Below are positions 1 to 9,954 of a stretch of 64,000 nt of DNA, piece by piece. Below the pieces are notes generated by a model, which saw nothing but the letters and a program-made list of their open reading frames with translations, searched no databases and had not been told where the DNA came from. The DNA is from Candidatus Poribacteria bacterium (GTDB taxonomy: Bacteria; Poribacteria; WGA-4E; WGA-3G), in assembly GCA_963663765.2 (NCBI GenBank), contig CAXXUA010000013.1:672001-736000 (forward strand). The letters are read 5' to 3'. Positions within the stretch are counted from its first letter, which is position 1. The number at the start of each line of letters is the position of its first letter. The position numbers and the translations under genes are program-made.

Positions 1-136
1 TTCCTACTGACTCATATTCCTCCTCAGAATCTATTGGTCCATCCCGAAGTTGTTGTCCTTCTTCTATTCGTACTTGTAAATTTTCTTTTGCTTCTTCTCT
101 ACTCACAAGTAGTTTTGGTAGTGTTTTCTCTTCCAT
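1..136 (-). CDS. 5' end of a gene running off the window, probably an N-terminally extended TIR-family paralog
   Basis: ATG at 136 with an AGGAGG RBS; translates MEEKTLPKLLVSREEAKENLQVRIEEGQQLRD; the first 8 codons match the start of TIR gene 1722..2183 at 23/24 nt. Confidence 0.55.
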   Translation of the reverse strand, partial: MEEKTLPKLLVSREEAKENLQVRIEEGQQLRDGPIDSEEEYESVG

Positions 137-194
137 AGTTCCTCCTTTTATCATAACACCGCCACGGTGATGCCAAGTCCAATTTATTTGGTAT

Positions 195-340
195 ACTAAC
201 GTGAGTTTGATAAATAGTTAGGACTTCCACGTTTCTTCTTGAAAGTCCCCTTGATAAGGGGGATTTAGGGGGTTAAAAACGCCAAAATAACGATTTTTTT
301 CAGCAAATATGCCCGTTCACTGTTCAATTTGCACCGTCCA
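195..340. repeat. MITE/palindromic repeat that truncates the TIR pseudogene
   Basis: Contains CCCCTTGATAAGGGGGATTTAGGGGG palindrome; TIR similarity ends abruptly at ~340. Confidence 0.45.
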
Positions 341-946
341 GTTGTTCGCCCTCCATTAGGTTGCTCACTTAGAATAATTGCTTCAAAACCGAGCTGCTCT
401 ATAAACCTGGCCACAATTTGGTTGGTGTCGTCGACAAATCCACCAACGATAAGGACTTTATAACTTATTTTCGTACGATCTATATTTGGCAACGGGGTCG
501 CTCTGTTGTTCTGAAGGACTCCTCTCCTCATACACTCTGTCAGTGAGTGTTGTAGAATCTGAATTCGGAGGAGATGTATGATGTTCCTCAGGTACTAAGG
601 GAAAAATTGAGTTGTCAACTGGACGCGAAACAATGATATTAGGAAAGTTGAGACTGAGTGAAATAGTGAGAATTGATTTATTTGACAACTCAGGAATTAG
701 ATTCTGGAACTTACCTAATCCCGCTAATTGTTTAGAGATCTTTGAGAACTCTGCAAGAGGTGCTTTTCCAATGACTTCTTTCAACCCAAACGGGTCTTTA
801 AGTTCTTTAGATACTGCTTTCAGTCCTGTTAAATCAGATTTCGTTGTGAATTTAGGAAGTTTGAAGGAATAATTTAATTGTTTTTGCAGACCCTGAAATG
901 AACTTCTTATATCTTTCAACGGATCTGCAATATTTTTCTCATACAT
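340..946 (-). pseudogene. Frameshifted, truncated N-terminal domain + TIR gene
   Basis: ORF 458..946 is followed in another frame by KVLIVGGFVDDTNQIVARFIEQLGFEAIILSEQPNGGRT, which is similar to the starts of the neighbouring TIR domains. Confidence 0.7.
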
Positions 947-1108
947 AACTTTTTTCCATTTTCACGGTTACACTACACAGTGAACACTTGCTAATCCGGC
1001 ACCAGAATACAGACCACGTCAATAATTTACGAGTGGTGTTAAATCCGATTTTGGGACATCTATAGGGTTTCTCAATATATGGACATCTTTTCACCCAGCA
1101 ACCCTTGA

Positions 1109-1573
1109 TCACAGAATTTGGTCCATGTCAATCGGCAATCCTACATTTTGCATCTCTTGCCCAAGTTTTAGTTTCCAACCGTTAGCACTATCCATAGGTA
1201 CATAGACGACATCAGGAATATAAGATGGTAATTCAACACCTTCCTTATAAAGCAGACATACTCGGTTAGGGTTCAGTTTACCAATGAAATAGCCAAGTTC
1301 GAAGATCACGTTCTGGCGTGCTCTGGGATTGAGTCGGCGTTCTGCATCATCTTTTAAGGCACCAACATCGTCAGGAGTCAACAATGCAATTGCAAACTCT
1401 GTGTCGTCTGCATATTTTTCAAGGTTCTCAATAAACGTCAGACTGTTATTGAGTTGTGTGTCAAGAACAGTTGCCTTTAAGCCCAAATTCTCTACAAAGT
1501 TAGCTACAGTTGTTATGGCTTCCTCGTCGTGTCCATATGAGATAAAAACATTCCTTCGACTATCCGTATTCAT
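1109..1573 (-). CDS. Stand-alone TIR domain protein (CAP12/Pycsar-type TIR)
   Basis: VFISYGHD, LLTPDD, PRARQNVIFELG (catalytic Glu present), GWKLKL; GGAGG RBS. Confidence 0.9.
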   Translation of the reverse strand: MNTDSRRNVFISYGHDEEAITTVANFVENLGLKATVLDTQLNNSLTFIENLEKYADDTEFAIALLTPDDVGALKDDAERRLNPRARQNVIFELGYFIGKLNPNRVCLLYKEGVELPSYIPDVVYVPMDSANGWKLKLGQEMQNVGLPIDMDQIL

Positions 1574-1655
1574 AGTCTTTCCTCCTTTTTAACGCTGACG
1601 TACTAAGGCGCTAATACCCCTGTTCATATTCAATCAAAACATAACTATACGTTGA

Positions 1656-1685
1656 ATTATAGCACTAATTTATTGAAAGTGTCAA
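1656..1685 (-). promoter_or_regulatory. Sigma70-type promoter for the TIR gene at 1573
   Basis: TTGACA-18 nt-TATAAT with extended TG on the minus strand. Confidence 0.65.
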
Positions 1686-1721
1686 ACCCGATTTATACAG
1701 TATTTCAAATGGACCTATCTT

Positions 1722-2183
1722 CTATAGAAGTCTATTGGCATCAATAGGTAATTTCGCATTCTTCATTTCCCTTGCCAATTTCAATTGCCATCCATCGTAG
1801 TTATCCATAAGCACATACGATATACCGCGAACATCAGATGGAAATTCAACACTTTCTTTATAGAGAAGACAAATTTGATTTCGATCTAATTTAGCAATGA
1901 AATAACCGAGTTCAAGGATAACGTTCTGACGAGCTCTTGGCTGAAAGTTGTCTTTTTCTGCTTTTGAAGTGCCAATATCGTCAGGAGTTAACAAAACGAC
2001 AGCAAAAACGATGTCCTCTACTTGTTCTTCAAACTTATCAATAACTGCTTGCAAGCCGCCAGCTTGTTCGTCAAGTATGATTGCCTCAAAATCAAGTTTT
2101 TCTATGAATCTGGCGACAAGGAGTTTAGCTGCGTCATCATGCCCATGCACGATGAAAACTTTTGGTAGTGTTTTCTCTTTCAT
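1722..2183 (-). CDS. Stand-alone TIR domain protein (CAP12/Pycsar-type TIR)
   Basis: KVFIVHGHD, LLTPDD, PRARQNVILELG, PSD motif. Confidence 0.9.
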   Translation of the reverse strand: MKEKTLPKVFIVHGHDDAAKLLVARFIEKLDFEAIILDEQAGGLQAVIDKFEEQVEDIVFAVVLLTPDDIGTSKAEKDNFQPRARQNVILELGYFIAKLDRNQICLLYKESVEFPSDVRGISYVLMDNYDGWQLKLAREMKNAKLPIDANRLL

Positions 2184-2764
2184 AACCCTCAGTCAATAGG
2201 TGAGCTTGATTTCTTCCATAGCAGGGCGTGATTCATGTTGCATGTTCATGTTTATAACTTCAGTTCATTTCAGATTAGGATAATGAATCCATTATATTTG
2301 TTTTTACACACTAATTACATCCTGTTAGTTCCATCTCAGTATAGTATTCAGTGTGCGTTCTGTATAAGAGACTCAAGATTCTATAATGGAACAAATATTT
2401 CATATTAACCATTATTAGTTTAATAATAGAACTTAATTCATTCGGTTTTCACAATAAGGAATATAGAAAATTATAGTATGTTTTGACATAGAAATCAAGT
2501 AGAATATTTGAAACGGAGTATACATTAATTTCGTGAGGTTTGTAGGGTTTAGAAGAACGTGTCATTACATTAGACTTCTCAACATTGTGATCAATCCGTT
2601 CTAAATTCCCTTACATTGATAATGAACTCATATTGAGTAAAGCATAAGGATGCGGTAAAATAGGGAAGACAGGAAGATAATATGTGTTCTTTTCTTTCCG
2701 CTTTAGATTCCCATTTACTTTGAATTCTTAGCCCTTACTCGCTATAAGTTCAATTTGTGATTTT

Positions 2765-3667
2765 CTAAACTGGAAGTTTTCCACTGCTCCGAAGTTTATC
2801 ATGAATGAGTCTGTAGCAATCGTCTATAAATTTTACTGTTTCCTTAAATATGCTGCGGCAGAAAGCAATAATTTCAGTATCATCGAGCATTGTGTTATCA
2901 GGAAAGAAGACTTTATCAAAAAACAAATTTAGATCTGAGTCATCCACAAAACCTGATAGAGAAATGGCAGACGGAAAGTTGATTATATCTGTTATGTCGT
3001 CATGGGTTAATCTGTTTCTGATTTGCTTAGAGATGTTAAAAGGGGAACCAATTTTGTTTTCTATGTCCTGCCCAATCTTCTGAGGTAAAGCGAAGAAAGA
3101 ACATAGATGACGGGTCAATTCTCCATGCGGTATTTTGTTTTTTAGTTTTATGCGTAAATCTGATCCGTGATAACGTTTATTATACGAAATTAAGTCGTAA
3201 ACTATGTTTATGATTTTTGACAAACAGTCCTCAGAACTAACTAAATGTGAAAGAAAACCACTCACAACAAGGAAAACGATTAACGGTAAGGTGTGCTGGT
3301 TCATTTTTAAACTTTGTATGTACTGCTGTTTTCCATCTTTGAATGTAAGGAAAACTATTGAATGTAAGGCATCAGGTGTCAACAAATTGATTTCTCCTTT
3401 AAAATCACTGTTTGAGAAAACAAACGATTGTTTTTGTTCTGCAATACCAGAAAACCGATTTCTTATACAGGAGACATAATCTACATTTTCCATTGAATCA
3501 AGATAGAACTTTACAGCATTGAGCCGTTGACTGGTTGTCGGAATCAATTGCTTTATTTTCAATGTTGCCTGTTCCACAGTTAACCCTACCGTACCCTGAA
3601 TTTTCCCTCTTGTATAAAAATCTTCAATTTTCTGAAGGAGAATACTTTCGTGCGCTAAGTTTACCAT
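2765..3667 (-). CDS. Putative HEPN-domain RNase (Cthe_2314-like)
   Basis: Rx4H motif RNRLTH in a helical C-terminal region; start overlaps the upstream stop (ATGGTAA). Confidence 0.55.
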   Translation of the reverse strand: MVNLAHESILLQKIEDFYTRGKIQGTVGLTVEQATLKIKQLIPTTSQRLNAVKFYLDSMENVDYVSCIRNRFSGIAEQKQSFVFSNSDFKGEINLLTPDALHSIVFLTFKDGKQQYIQSLKMNQHTLPLIVFLVVSGFLSHLVSSEDCLSKIINIVYDLISYNKRYHGSDLRIKLKNKIPHGELTRHLCSFFALPQKIGQDIENKIGSPFNISKQIRNRLTHDDITDIINFPSAISLSGFVDDSDLNLFFDKVFFPDNTMLDDTEIIAFCRSIFKETVKFIDDCYRLIHDKLRSSGKLPV

Positions 3668-6600
3668 TCTTCCCCTTCAAGAATTTCTTCATCCCTTTGT
3701 TGTTCTCTTTTGATTTCAAGTTTTGTTCTATCTGTGAGGTGATCAGCAAACTGTTTGACAATTGGGGATTCTGTTTTGTCTTGCAACGCCTTAAGATATT
3801 CGATGCGTTTTACAAGATGAGGCATTGGTTCACCAAAAGCCCCAGAATAGCCGAGTACTGTGCCAATTGAAGCTTCAATTTCGGTTGATACCTTTGCTTC
3901 TCCTTTACTTTTTATGAGAAGTGATTCTACAAGAGAGTAAAAAACTTTGTCTTCATCAAAATTCCTCAACAAACAAGCTGCCCACCACATCTTTTCTGAA
4001 TCTTCTGAGTCTATCCATTCTTCAAGGATTGTTTGCACGGCGTTGTTGATTTTAGTGCCTTCAATTTGAGAACTGTTCCCATCAACCATAGATGCCAATA
4101 AACCGGGAGCCAACCACTTACGGTGACTCGGCGGACCTAAACCCCAATCTCTGACCCTCCTTAAAGCATCCATAACGTTTCTGTCATTCCAATCAACATC
4201 CTTAAACAGATAGTGAAGTCGAATTGGAATTGCCTCATAATTTGTAATATTCCTCTTAAATTCCTGCTCTTGGTATGCAATTCGTTTCTCAAACAGTGCA
4301 ATAACCCATATCGGATCAGACATAAATATAGCATGTAGGATTTCCTCAGAATGATAATCAAGGTGTTCTAAATTCACGCAATTGTGCATAATCTGTTTGT
4401 AAGTGTCCAAATATTTCTGTGATGGGAATCTAAAAATTACCTTGATAACCTCCCTTTTAATCAAAGATGATTCATCGGTTGAAAACCGTATTAAAATCTC
4501 AAGAACGGTTTCTATGTCCACGTTAAAGAAATTAGGAAGAGTATTAACTATGTCAGATTTTAAGTTTTCATCTGGTATCTTGGACAATTGAACTAAAACT
4601 TGCAGATCATCTTTATCAAAAGATTGTCCTTCCGCACCCCATAAATAACTCTTTACAACGATTCTTTTGACAGATATATTGTCTTGATTCAATAGACGGT
4701 GTCTTATTTCTAGTGCCTTATCGTTGTCGGAATACCGAATACCACCGAGTAACCCTGCTGTGTAATCTTGTACATCAGTTTGCCAAGAAAAAATATAATC
4801 TAATAATTCAGATCCATAAATTGGGTTAAGCTTACCGATGGTCCAAAGATGTTGAGCAACTACCCAGGAATTCGTGTCACTTTCGCTTGAACCCAAAAAT
4901 GCACTCATTAATTTTGCAAAACGTATAGCTGGATATTTTTCTATATACTTTTCGACGAATTTCTGTTTTTCTTCAAGGGTTGTCCACTTTTGAAATTTTC
5001 CAACAAATTGACGATAGAAAAGGTAGTGATCATAATTAACTTGTTTCTCAAATTTCTCTAACAATTGTGTAGCGCGTTGTTTTAGGTAGCCGTGCGAATT
5101 TTCCGCGTATACATGCAAACACTCATCTATTGCATTGAGGACAGTGAAATCAGATTCTTCTGATAATTGATTGGTAAGTATTTCAAACAATCGATCTTGT
5201 TCCTCTTTTAGTAAAGCTTGATCAGATTTTTCTAGACGGTCCGGATTGTTCCCTCCGGGACCACTATGAAGAGGACGTAGTGCTTTACTGATACACTCTA
5301 CCGCTTTCAATTTAACAATATTGTGCGAGGATATTCTCAGGCACTCCTCAATTAATTTAATCGCTCGCGATCTAATCTGAATTAACTTAGAGGTATATTT
5401 TAAAGTGTGCCAAGAGATATTCAAAGAAAATCCCTGACTGACTACCTCTTGGAACTCTAACATGAGCAGTGAATTGAGCTCGTTGAGCAGTGATAAACTG
5501 AGTTCTGGTATATCTTCATTTTTCCACATATCAAATACCTCAAGAGTTTCCTCTTGAAATATGAAGGATTTACCGGTTTCGAAACGGATCATATCTCTTA
5601 ATAACGATTCTGGACGATATCCATAAGAATAGTCTATATCTTTCATCAGGAATAGTTTTCGAATAATCTGTAGCGTTTTTCTAAATCCCGATATGGTGTA
5701 AACGGTCTTACGTGCATGTTTAACAATTTTTTCAATTAGCGATTGATGGGTTTGGGTGAATTTTCCCCAAAAGTCAATCTCGACTTCGATATCATGATCG
5801 TTTGGATTATCAATAATGATATTAAAAATCTCAATCGCATCATCTGGACGAAAATAACAGATACCTTCCATTTGGAGTAGAATTAGCATTCGAGTTGCGT
5901 TATCACCTTTTAGCGCATATAATTGGAGGTCGTCAACGTACTCGTCAAGAAGACTTTTTTCACCAGCGATGGCTTCCACTCGAGCAAGGTTTTTAATGAG
6001 ATTGATTGAGAAAAGTGGTAGGAATTTCTCTAACAAGATTTTGTGAAAAAAGGAAGTATTACCGTAGGATAAGAAACATGCTTTCCGCAAAATATAGTCG
6101 CTAAGTGGACCAGGAAAAACCCTTTGCTTCCTTCCATACTGAACAAGCAAACCGGATCCTATTAGATCATTACGGTAACGTTCTATCTCATAAGTCTCCA
6201 CTTTTAAGAGTTCAGCCAATTTTTCAGTCACCCTAGTATCTTCAACGTCAACTGGTTCGATTCCACTGAACCAGTCAAGCGTTTTTCGATGTTGTCTGGT
6301 TAACTTTGGTAAGTATTTACTGAAAATGTCATTCAAGTAGGATTTAAAAGCAAGTGCAATCAATTCATCCTTAGTTAAGTTTCTCAGATCTACTCCGTTT
6401 TTGAACAAATATATCACCATTACAGCAATTAATGGTGTGTCTCGCCCGATTTTTGCTAAGCCAGACAGTAGAGAACCAACAGGGATCTTTGTATATTTGC
6501 GGATAAATTCTTTAGTTTTTTCAAACGAAAGTTTAGGAATTTCTATTTCTCTAATTGCCTGATCTGGTAGTGCGGACAAGAAAATTCCCTTCAAGGAGGC

Positions 6601-7518
6601 TTTAAAAGGCTTCCGTGTTATAAGAACTGCTTTGGATTCACAATATTCTGCACTATTAAGCAATATTTTGATGCCACCAAGGTTGTCTAAATAGTCATGG
6701 GCATCATCGACAAAGAAGATGTACTTTCTATTTGGTGGAATGTCTGCTAACGCATTTTCAAAACTATCATCGGCAATTTGAACAAATAATGGTTCATAGT
6801 CATGGTGTTCTTGTTCGACCATTTTTGCAAATTCAATTGCAAGTTGGGTTTTGCCAATTCCCCCGCTACCGGACATAACTAACAATCTTTTGTCAGTATC
6901 TTGGATAAAGGAACTAAATTGGTCAATCTCACTCTCTCGTCCGAAGGTTTCGTAGTCGTACCTCAAGAGTCTATGGTCCCCATTAATTTGATTGCGGAAC
7001 ATATCTTCGTAAGTAAGGAATACAGGAAGATGGGGCTTTCGGAATGAATTTAAGATATAAGGGAACTCGTCGGTCATTGTGATGAGATTTTCGGCATCCC
7101 AACACGTTAATGAGAAAGTATATCCTTTTTCGTTTTTAGCGTTTTTAATTTTGCTGACATTCCCAGTTGTAAGCAAGGAATTGGTCATCAGGACATAGTG
7201 TTCACATTGTGCTTCATTTGCTTTATCTAACTCGCCTTTCTTTTTTTTACTGCCTTCCATAACACGAATAAGACTTCTACGAGCGTTATTTTTGTCTTTG
7301 GTTGGATCAAAGAACTTGTACTGAAAAATCCAACGTCCACTTCTTTCGTTACCTTTTCTATCTGTATAACTTCCGTTGTATTCAGCATCAATACCTTTAT
7401 CCTGTCCTTCGGCACCGTAAACTGTGACAAAGGTGGAAACCTCTTTTTTTAGGAAAAGATTACAAAATCTCTCAAAGTCTTTCGGGGATTTGATGTATTC
7501 AGATAACTCTTTTTTCAT
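3661..7518 (-). CDS. Avs-like protein: Mrr-like nuclease + STAND NTPase + HEAT/helical repeats
   Basis: DFERFC, DKGIDA and IFQYK nuclease motifs; FGRESEI; Walker A GSGGIGKT; Walker B FFVDDAH; long helical C-terminus. Confidence 0.8.
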   Translation of the reverse strand: MKKELSEYIKSPKDFERFCNLFLKKEVSTFVTVYGAEGQDKGIDAEYNGSYTDRKGNERSGRWIFQYKFFDPTKDKNNARRSLIRVMEGSKKKKGELDKANEAQCEHYVLMTNSLLTTGNVSKIKNAKNEKGYTFSLTCWDAENLITMTDEFPYILNSFRKPHLPVFLTYEDMFRNQINGDHRLLRYDYETFGRESEIDQFSSFIQDTDKRLLVMSGSGGIGKTQLAIEFAKMVEQEHHDYEPLFVQIADDSFENALADIPPNRKYIFFVDDAHDYLDNLGGIKILLNSAEYCESKAVLITRKPFKASLKGIFLSALPDQAIREIEIPKLSFEKTKEFIRKYTKIPVGSLLSGLAKIGRDTPLIAVMVIYLFKNGVDLRNLTKDELIALAFKSYLNDIFSKYLPKLTRQHRKTLDWFSGIEPVDVEDTRVTEKLAELLKVETYEIERYRNDLIGSGLLVQYGRKQRVFPGPLSDYILRKACFLSYGNTSFFHKILLEKFLPLFSINLIKNLARVEAIAGEKSLLDEYVDDLQLYALKGDNATRMLILLQMEGICYFRPDDAIEIFNIIIDNPNDHDIEVEIDFWGKFTQTHQSLIEKIVKHARKTVYTISGFRKTLQIIRKLFLMKDIDYSYGYRPESLLRDMIRFETGKSFIFQEETLEVFDMWKNEDIPELSLSLLNELNSLLMLEFQEVVSQGFSLNISWHTLKYTSKLIQIRSRAIKLIEECLRISSHNIVKLKAVECISKALRPLHSGPGGNNPDRLEKSDQALLKEEQDRLFEILTNQLSEESDFTVLNAIDECLHVYAENSHGYLKQRATQLLEKFEKQVNYDHYLFYRQFVGKFQKWTTLEEKQKFVEKYIEKYPAIRFAKLMSAFLGSSESDTNSWVVAQHLWTIGKLNPIYGSELLDYIFSWQTDVQDYTAGLLGGIRYSDNDKALEIRHRLLNQDNISVKRIVVKSYLWGAEGQSFDKDDLQVLVQLSKIPDENLKSDIVNTLPNFFNVDIETVLEILIRFSTDESSLIKREVIKVIFRFPSQKYLDTYKQIMHNCVNLEHLDYHSEEILHAIFMSDPIWVIALFEKRIAYQEQEFKRNITNYEAIPIRLHYLFKDVDWNDRNVMDALRRVRDWGLGPPSHRKWLAPGLLASMVDGNSSQIEGTKINNAVQTILEEWIDSEDSEKMWWAACLLRNFDEDKVFYSLVESLLIKSKGEAKVSTEIEASIGTVLGYSGAFGEPMPHLVKRIEYLKALQDKTESPIVKQFADHLTDRTKLEIKREQQRDEEILEGEEW

Positions 7519-8000
7519 CGTGTTTTCCTTGATGGATAGCAGACTGTAGTGTTACAGTAAGGAGATTTATTTCTCAATCACCTTTTTAATATAATCACCT
7601 TTTTAACAATACCTTCGCCAATAATAGACAATCTACCAGATTGTGACCGCATTTGAAGTGTAGCACATTCTGGCAGAATGTGCTTGTCATCTATTCTGTC
7701 AGATTGCTGAATAGCCATTTCTATTGGAAATTAGAAACTATGATAAATAAAAACACTTCAACAAAAACCTGAAGGTATTTTTATTTACGTAATCCTACAA
7801 TAGGACAGATCAACACTATATCGACACAATATTCTCATTCAACTGAAGCATGCAAAATGGCGAAGGTATTGCTATTTAATATACAGGCAATTAATTCATC
7901 AATATCTTAACACAACCCCAGAAAGAATATCAAGGGTATTACCAAATAACAGGGTTATTTAGTTTTCTTTTTTTTTACAAGTGTTTATTTTTTTATGGCA

Positions 8001-8036
8001 TGCAGATATAGTGTGACTTTTCACACTATATCTGCA
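8001..8036. repeat. Perfect 16-bp inverted repeat (terminator or operator)
   Basis: TGCAGATATAGTGTGA-cttt-TCACACTATATCTGCA. Confidence 0.7.
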
Positions 8037-8230
8037 TTGCTTCATCTTAAAAGCACACTATATTTGATCAGTATTCAGATTTGCTGGTATAACGCGTATA
8101 GCTGATGGGATGAAATATTATGCTTCAAAACCTAAATTTGCAGTTTACATGATAACATGAGAATTTATAAGAATTTATAAAACTCAGGACTTACGCACTA
8201 TAATAGATTTGTGCTATACTATTCCATTAT

Positions 8231-9950
8231 CCTACACTCCGCAGTTATGGATCTGGAAAATAGACATTTTTTACTTCTATGCCTAAAATGTTGATGATTT
8301 GTGTGTGTATTTCATTTAAATTTACAATAGACCGTTGTATATGTTCGTTTTGTTCTATCAATAATACATCAACGCCTTCAAACATTTGAAAAATACGCCT
8401 GAGTGTTGGTTTTTGCGTGGGTTTACCAACTTGGTTAGGTATTGTTTGTTCTTGTTTTTTTAGCTCTTGCCGAACCCATCGTTCGGCAAGAGCGTAAACA
8501 AGTAAAGAAAGTCCCATCACCATCAGTAATGCCATAATCCGCTGGGGTTTTTCAAGATATAGACTATCGGCAAAGAATAAGGGGTCTTTCAAAAACCGAA
8601 AACCGCGTTCTACAGACACGTTCTGTGCTTTATATGCTTCAAGGATAGTCGCATCGTCAAGTAAAGTTGTATCAAGTTCATTGGTAGCTAAGACAAATCG
8701 GCCTTTGCTGCGTTTGAGTTTTTCAATCGTTTCTATATCATCAATAACTTCACCTTCAACCCGATAACGAAAATGTGTCGGTTTAGCTGTCTTTTTGGGG
8801 CGTCCCGATGTAGTGTAATGTGGAACAGAAATAATGGAGAAACGAAGTTTATGATATTTCCATGACTTGGCAAGGACTGTTGCCGCAGATGCCGCAGCTG
8901 TATCGGTCTCATACGTTTTATTTTGTAAACGATTGAGTGATGTTTGTGCGGCTGTCTGTGCTTTGGCAATCTTTTTTACTAAAGTTGCCACTTCACGATG
9001 ATACGCAGCTTGTGAATAAACAACTAACCACCTTTGTGGAACATCCGCATAGGTGCTATCTACTGATAGATAACTATATCCATCAAGAGATGCTGGCTGC
9101 ATATCTTCAGTCGAAATAGTTTGGTAGAGTTCTTTGACAGCTTTGAGTGTTTCCGGCACACGCGTAATAAAACGCACATCACGCAGCTTCGCAATGTTTT
9201 GTGCTGTATAAAGCGCACTATCCGCTACAAAATAAGGGGCATCACTGCCACGCAGTTGAGACAAATATTCTCGGATCGTGTTGGGAAAACTTGTTTTATC
9301 AGACTGATTTCCATCAAGTGCTTCGAACCATACAGGGAACTGAGACCGATAAGAACAGAGAAGTTGAACTACCACTTGTTTGAGATCCGGACGCTGATCC
9401 CGACTATACCCGTGGGTAATGTGAATAGCGTGTTCATCAACTGTTTCGGTATCATAGTTCCCCTGAAAACTAAACGTGGTGCTATCCAGATGAACAAAAC
9501 GATGGTCAATCTCATAAGTTGATAATGCTTTAGAAGCAACTGTCGCAAAAAGTTCGGTAACACCATTTTCATAAAGTGTATCTAAAGCACGCCCAAGACA
9601 ATCGTCCGTGAAATCGGCAGCACAGAGATGAGGGCGTATCAATAGATCCACCGGTTTATTTGAAAAAAACTCAGGTGTCAAGTAGAGTGGGCGTGAGACA
9701 AAGCCTAAAGCATTCAAGATCATAGCAACAACAGATTCACCCACTGAAACTTTCCGTTTCGTTGGGGAAATACAAGTATCAATAGTGTTTATCAAGTCAA
9801 TACGATCACATACACCAGCTACTATGCCGAGGTGATCTAAACGTTGTGTTGTAAAAGTAGATTGAGTGATGATGTTATACTCCTAATATAAAGATATAAA
9901 GAGTATAACATAAATACTTAAAATCTGATTAAACAACTGCGGAGTGTAGG
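8231..9950 (-). mobile_element. IS1634-family element
   Basis: 16-bp perfect TIRs CCTACACTCCGCAGTT / AACTGCGGAGTGTAGG; 6-bp TSD CATTAT (8225-8230, 9951-9956). Confidence 0.93.
8245..9873 (-). CDS. IS1634-family DDE transposase
   Basis: LDHLGIVAG N-terminal motif lies upstream of the ORF-track start; HLDST, GYSRDQRPDLKQ, ADSALY, VERGFRFLKDP; the frame opens at ATC 9873 after AGGAG. Confidence 0.88.
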   Translation of the reverse strand: MITQSTFTTQRLDHLGIVAGVCDRIDLINTIDTCISPTKRKVSVGESVVAMILNALGFVSRPLYLTPEFFSNKPVDLLIRPHLCAADFTDDCLGRALDTLYENGVTELFATVASKALSTYEIDHRFVHLDSTTFSFQGNYDTETVDEHAIHITHGYSRDQRPDLKQVVVQLLCSYRSQFPVWFEALDGNQSDKTSFPNTIREYLSQLRGSDAPYFVADSALYTAQNIAKLRDVRFITRVPETLKAVKELYQTISTEDMQPASLDGYSYLSVDSTYADVPQRWLVVYSQAAYHREVATLVKKIAKAQTAAQTSLNRLQNKTYETDTAAASAATVLAKSWKYHKLRFSIISVPHYTTSGRPKKTAKPTHFRYRVEGEVIDDIETIEKLKRSKGRFVLATNELDTTLLDDATILEAYKAQNVSVERGFRFLKDPLFFADSLYLEKPQRIMALLMVMGLSLLVYALAERWVRQELKKQEQTIPNQVGKPTQKPTLRRIFQMFEGVDVLLIEQNEHIQRSIVNLNEIHTQIINILGIEVKNVYFPDP

Positions 9951-9954
9951 CATT

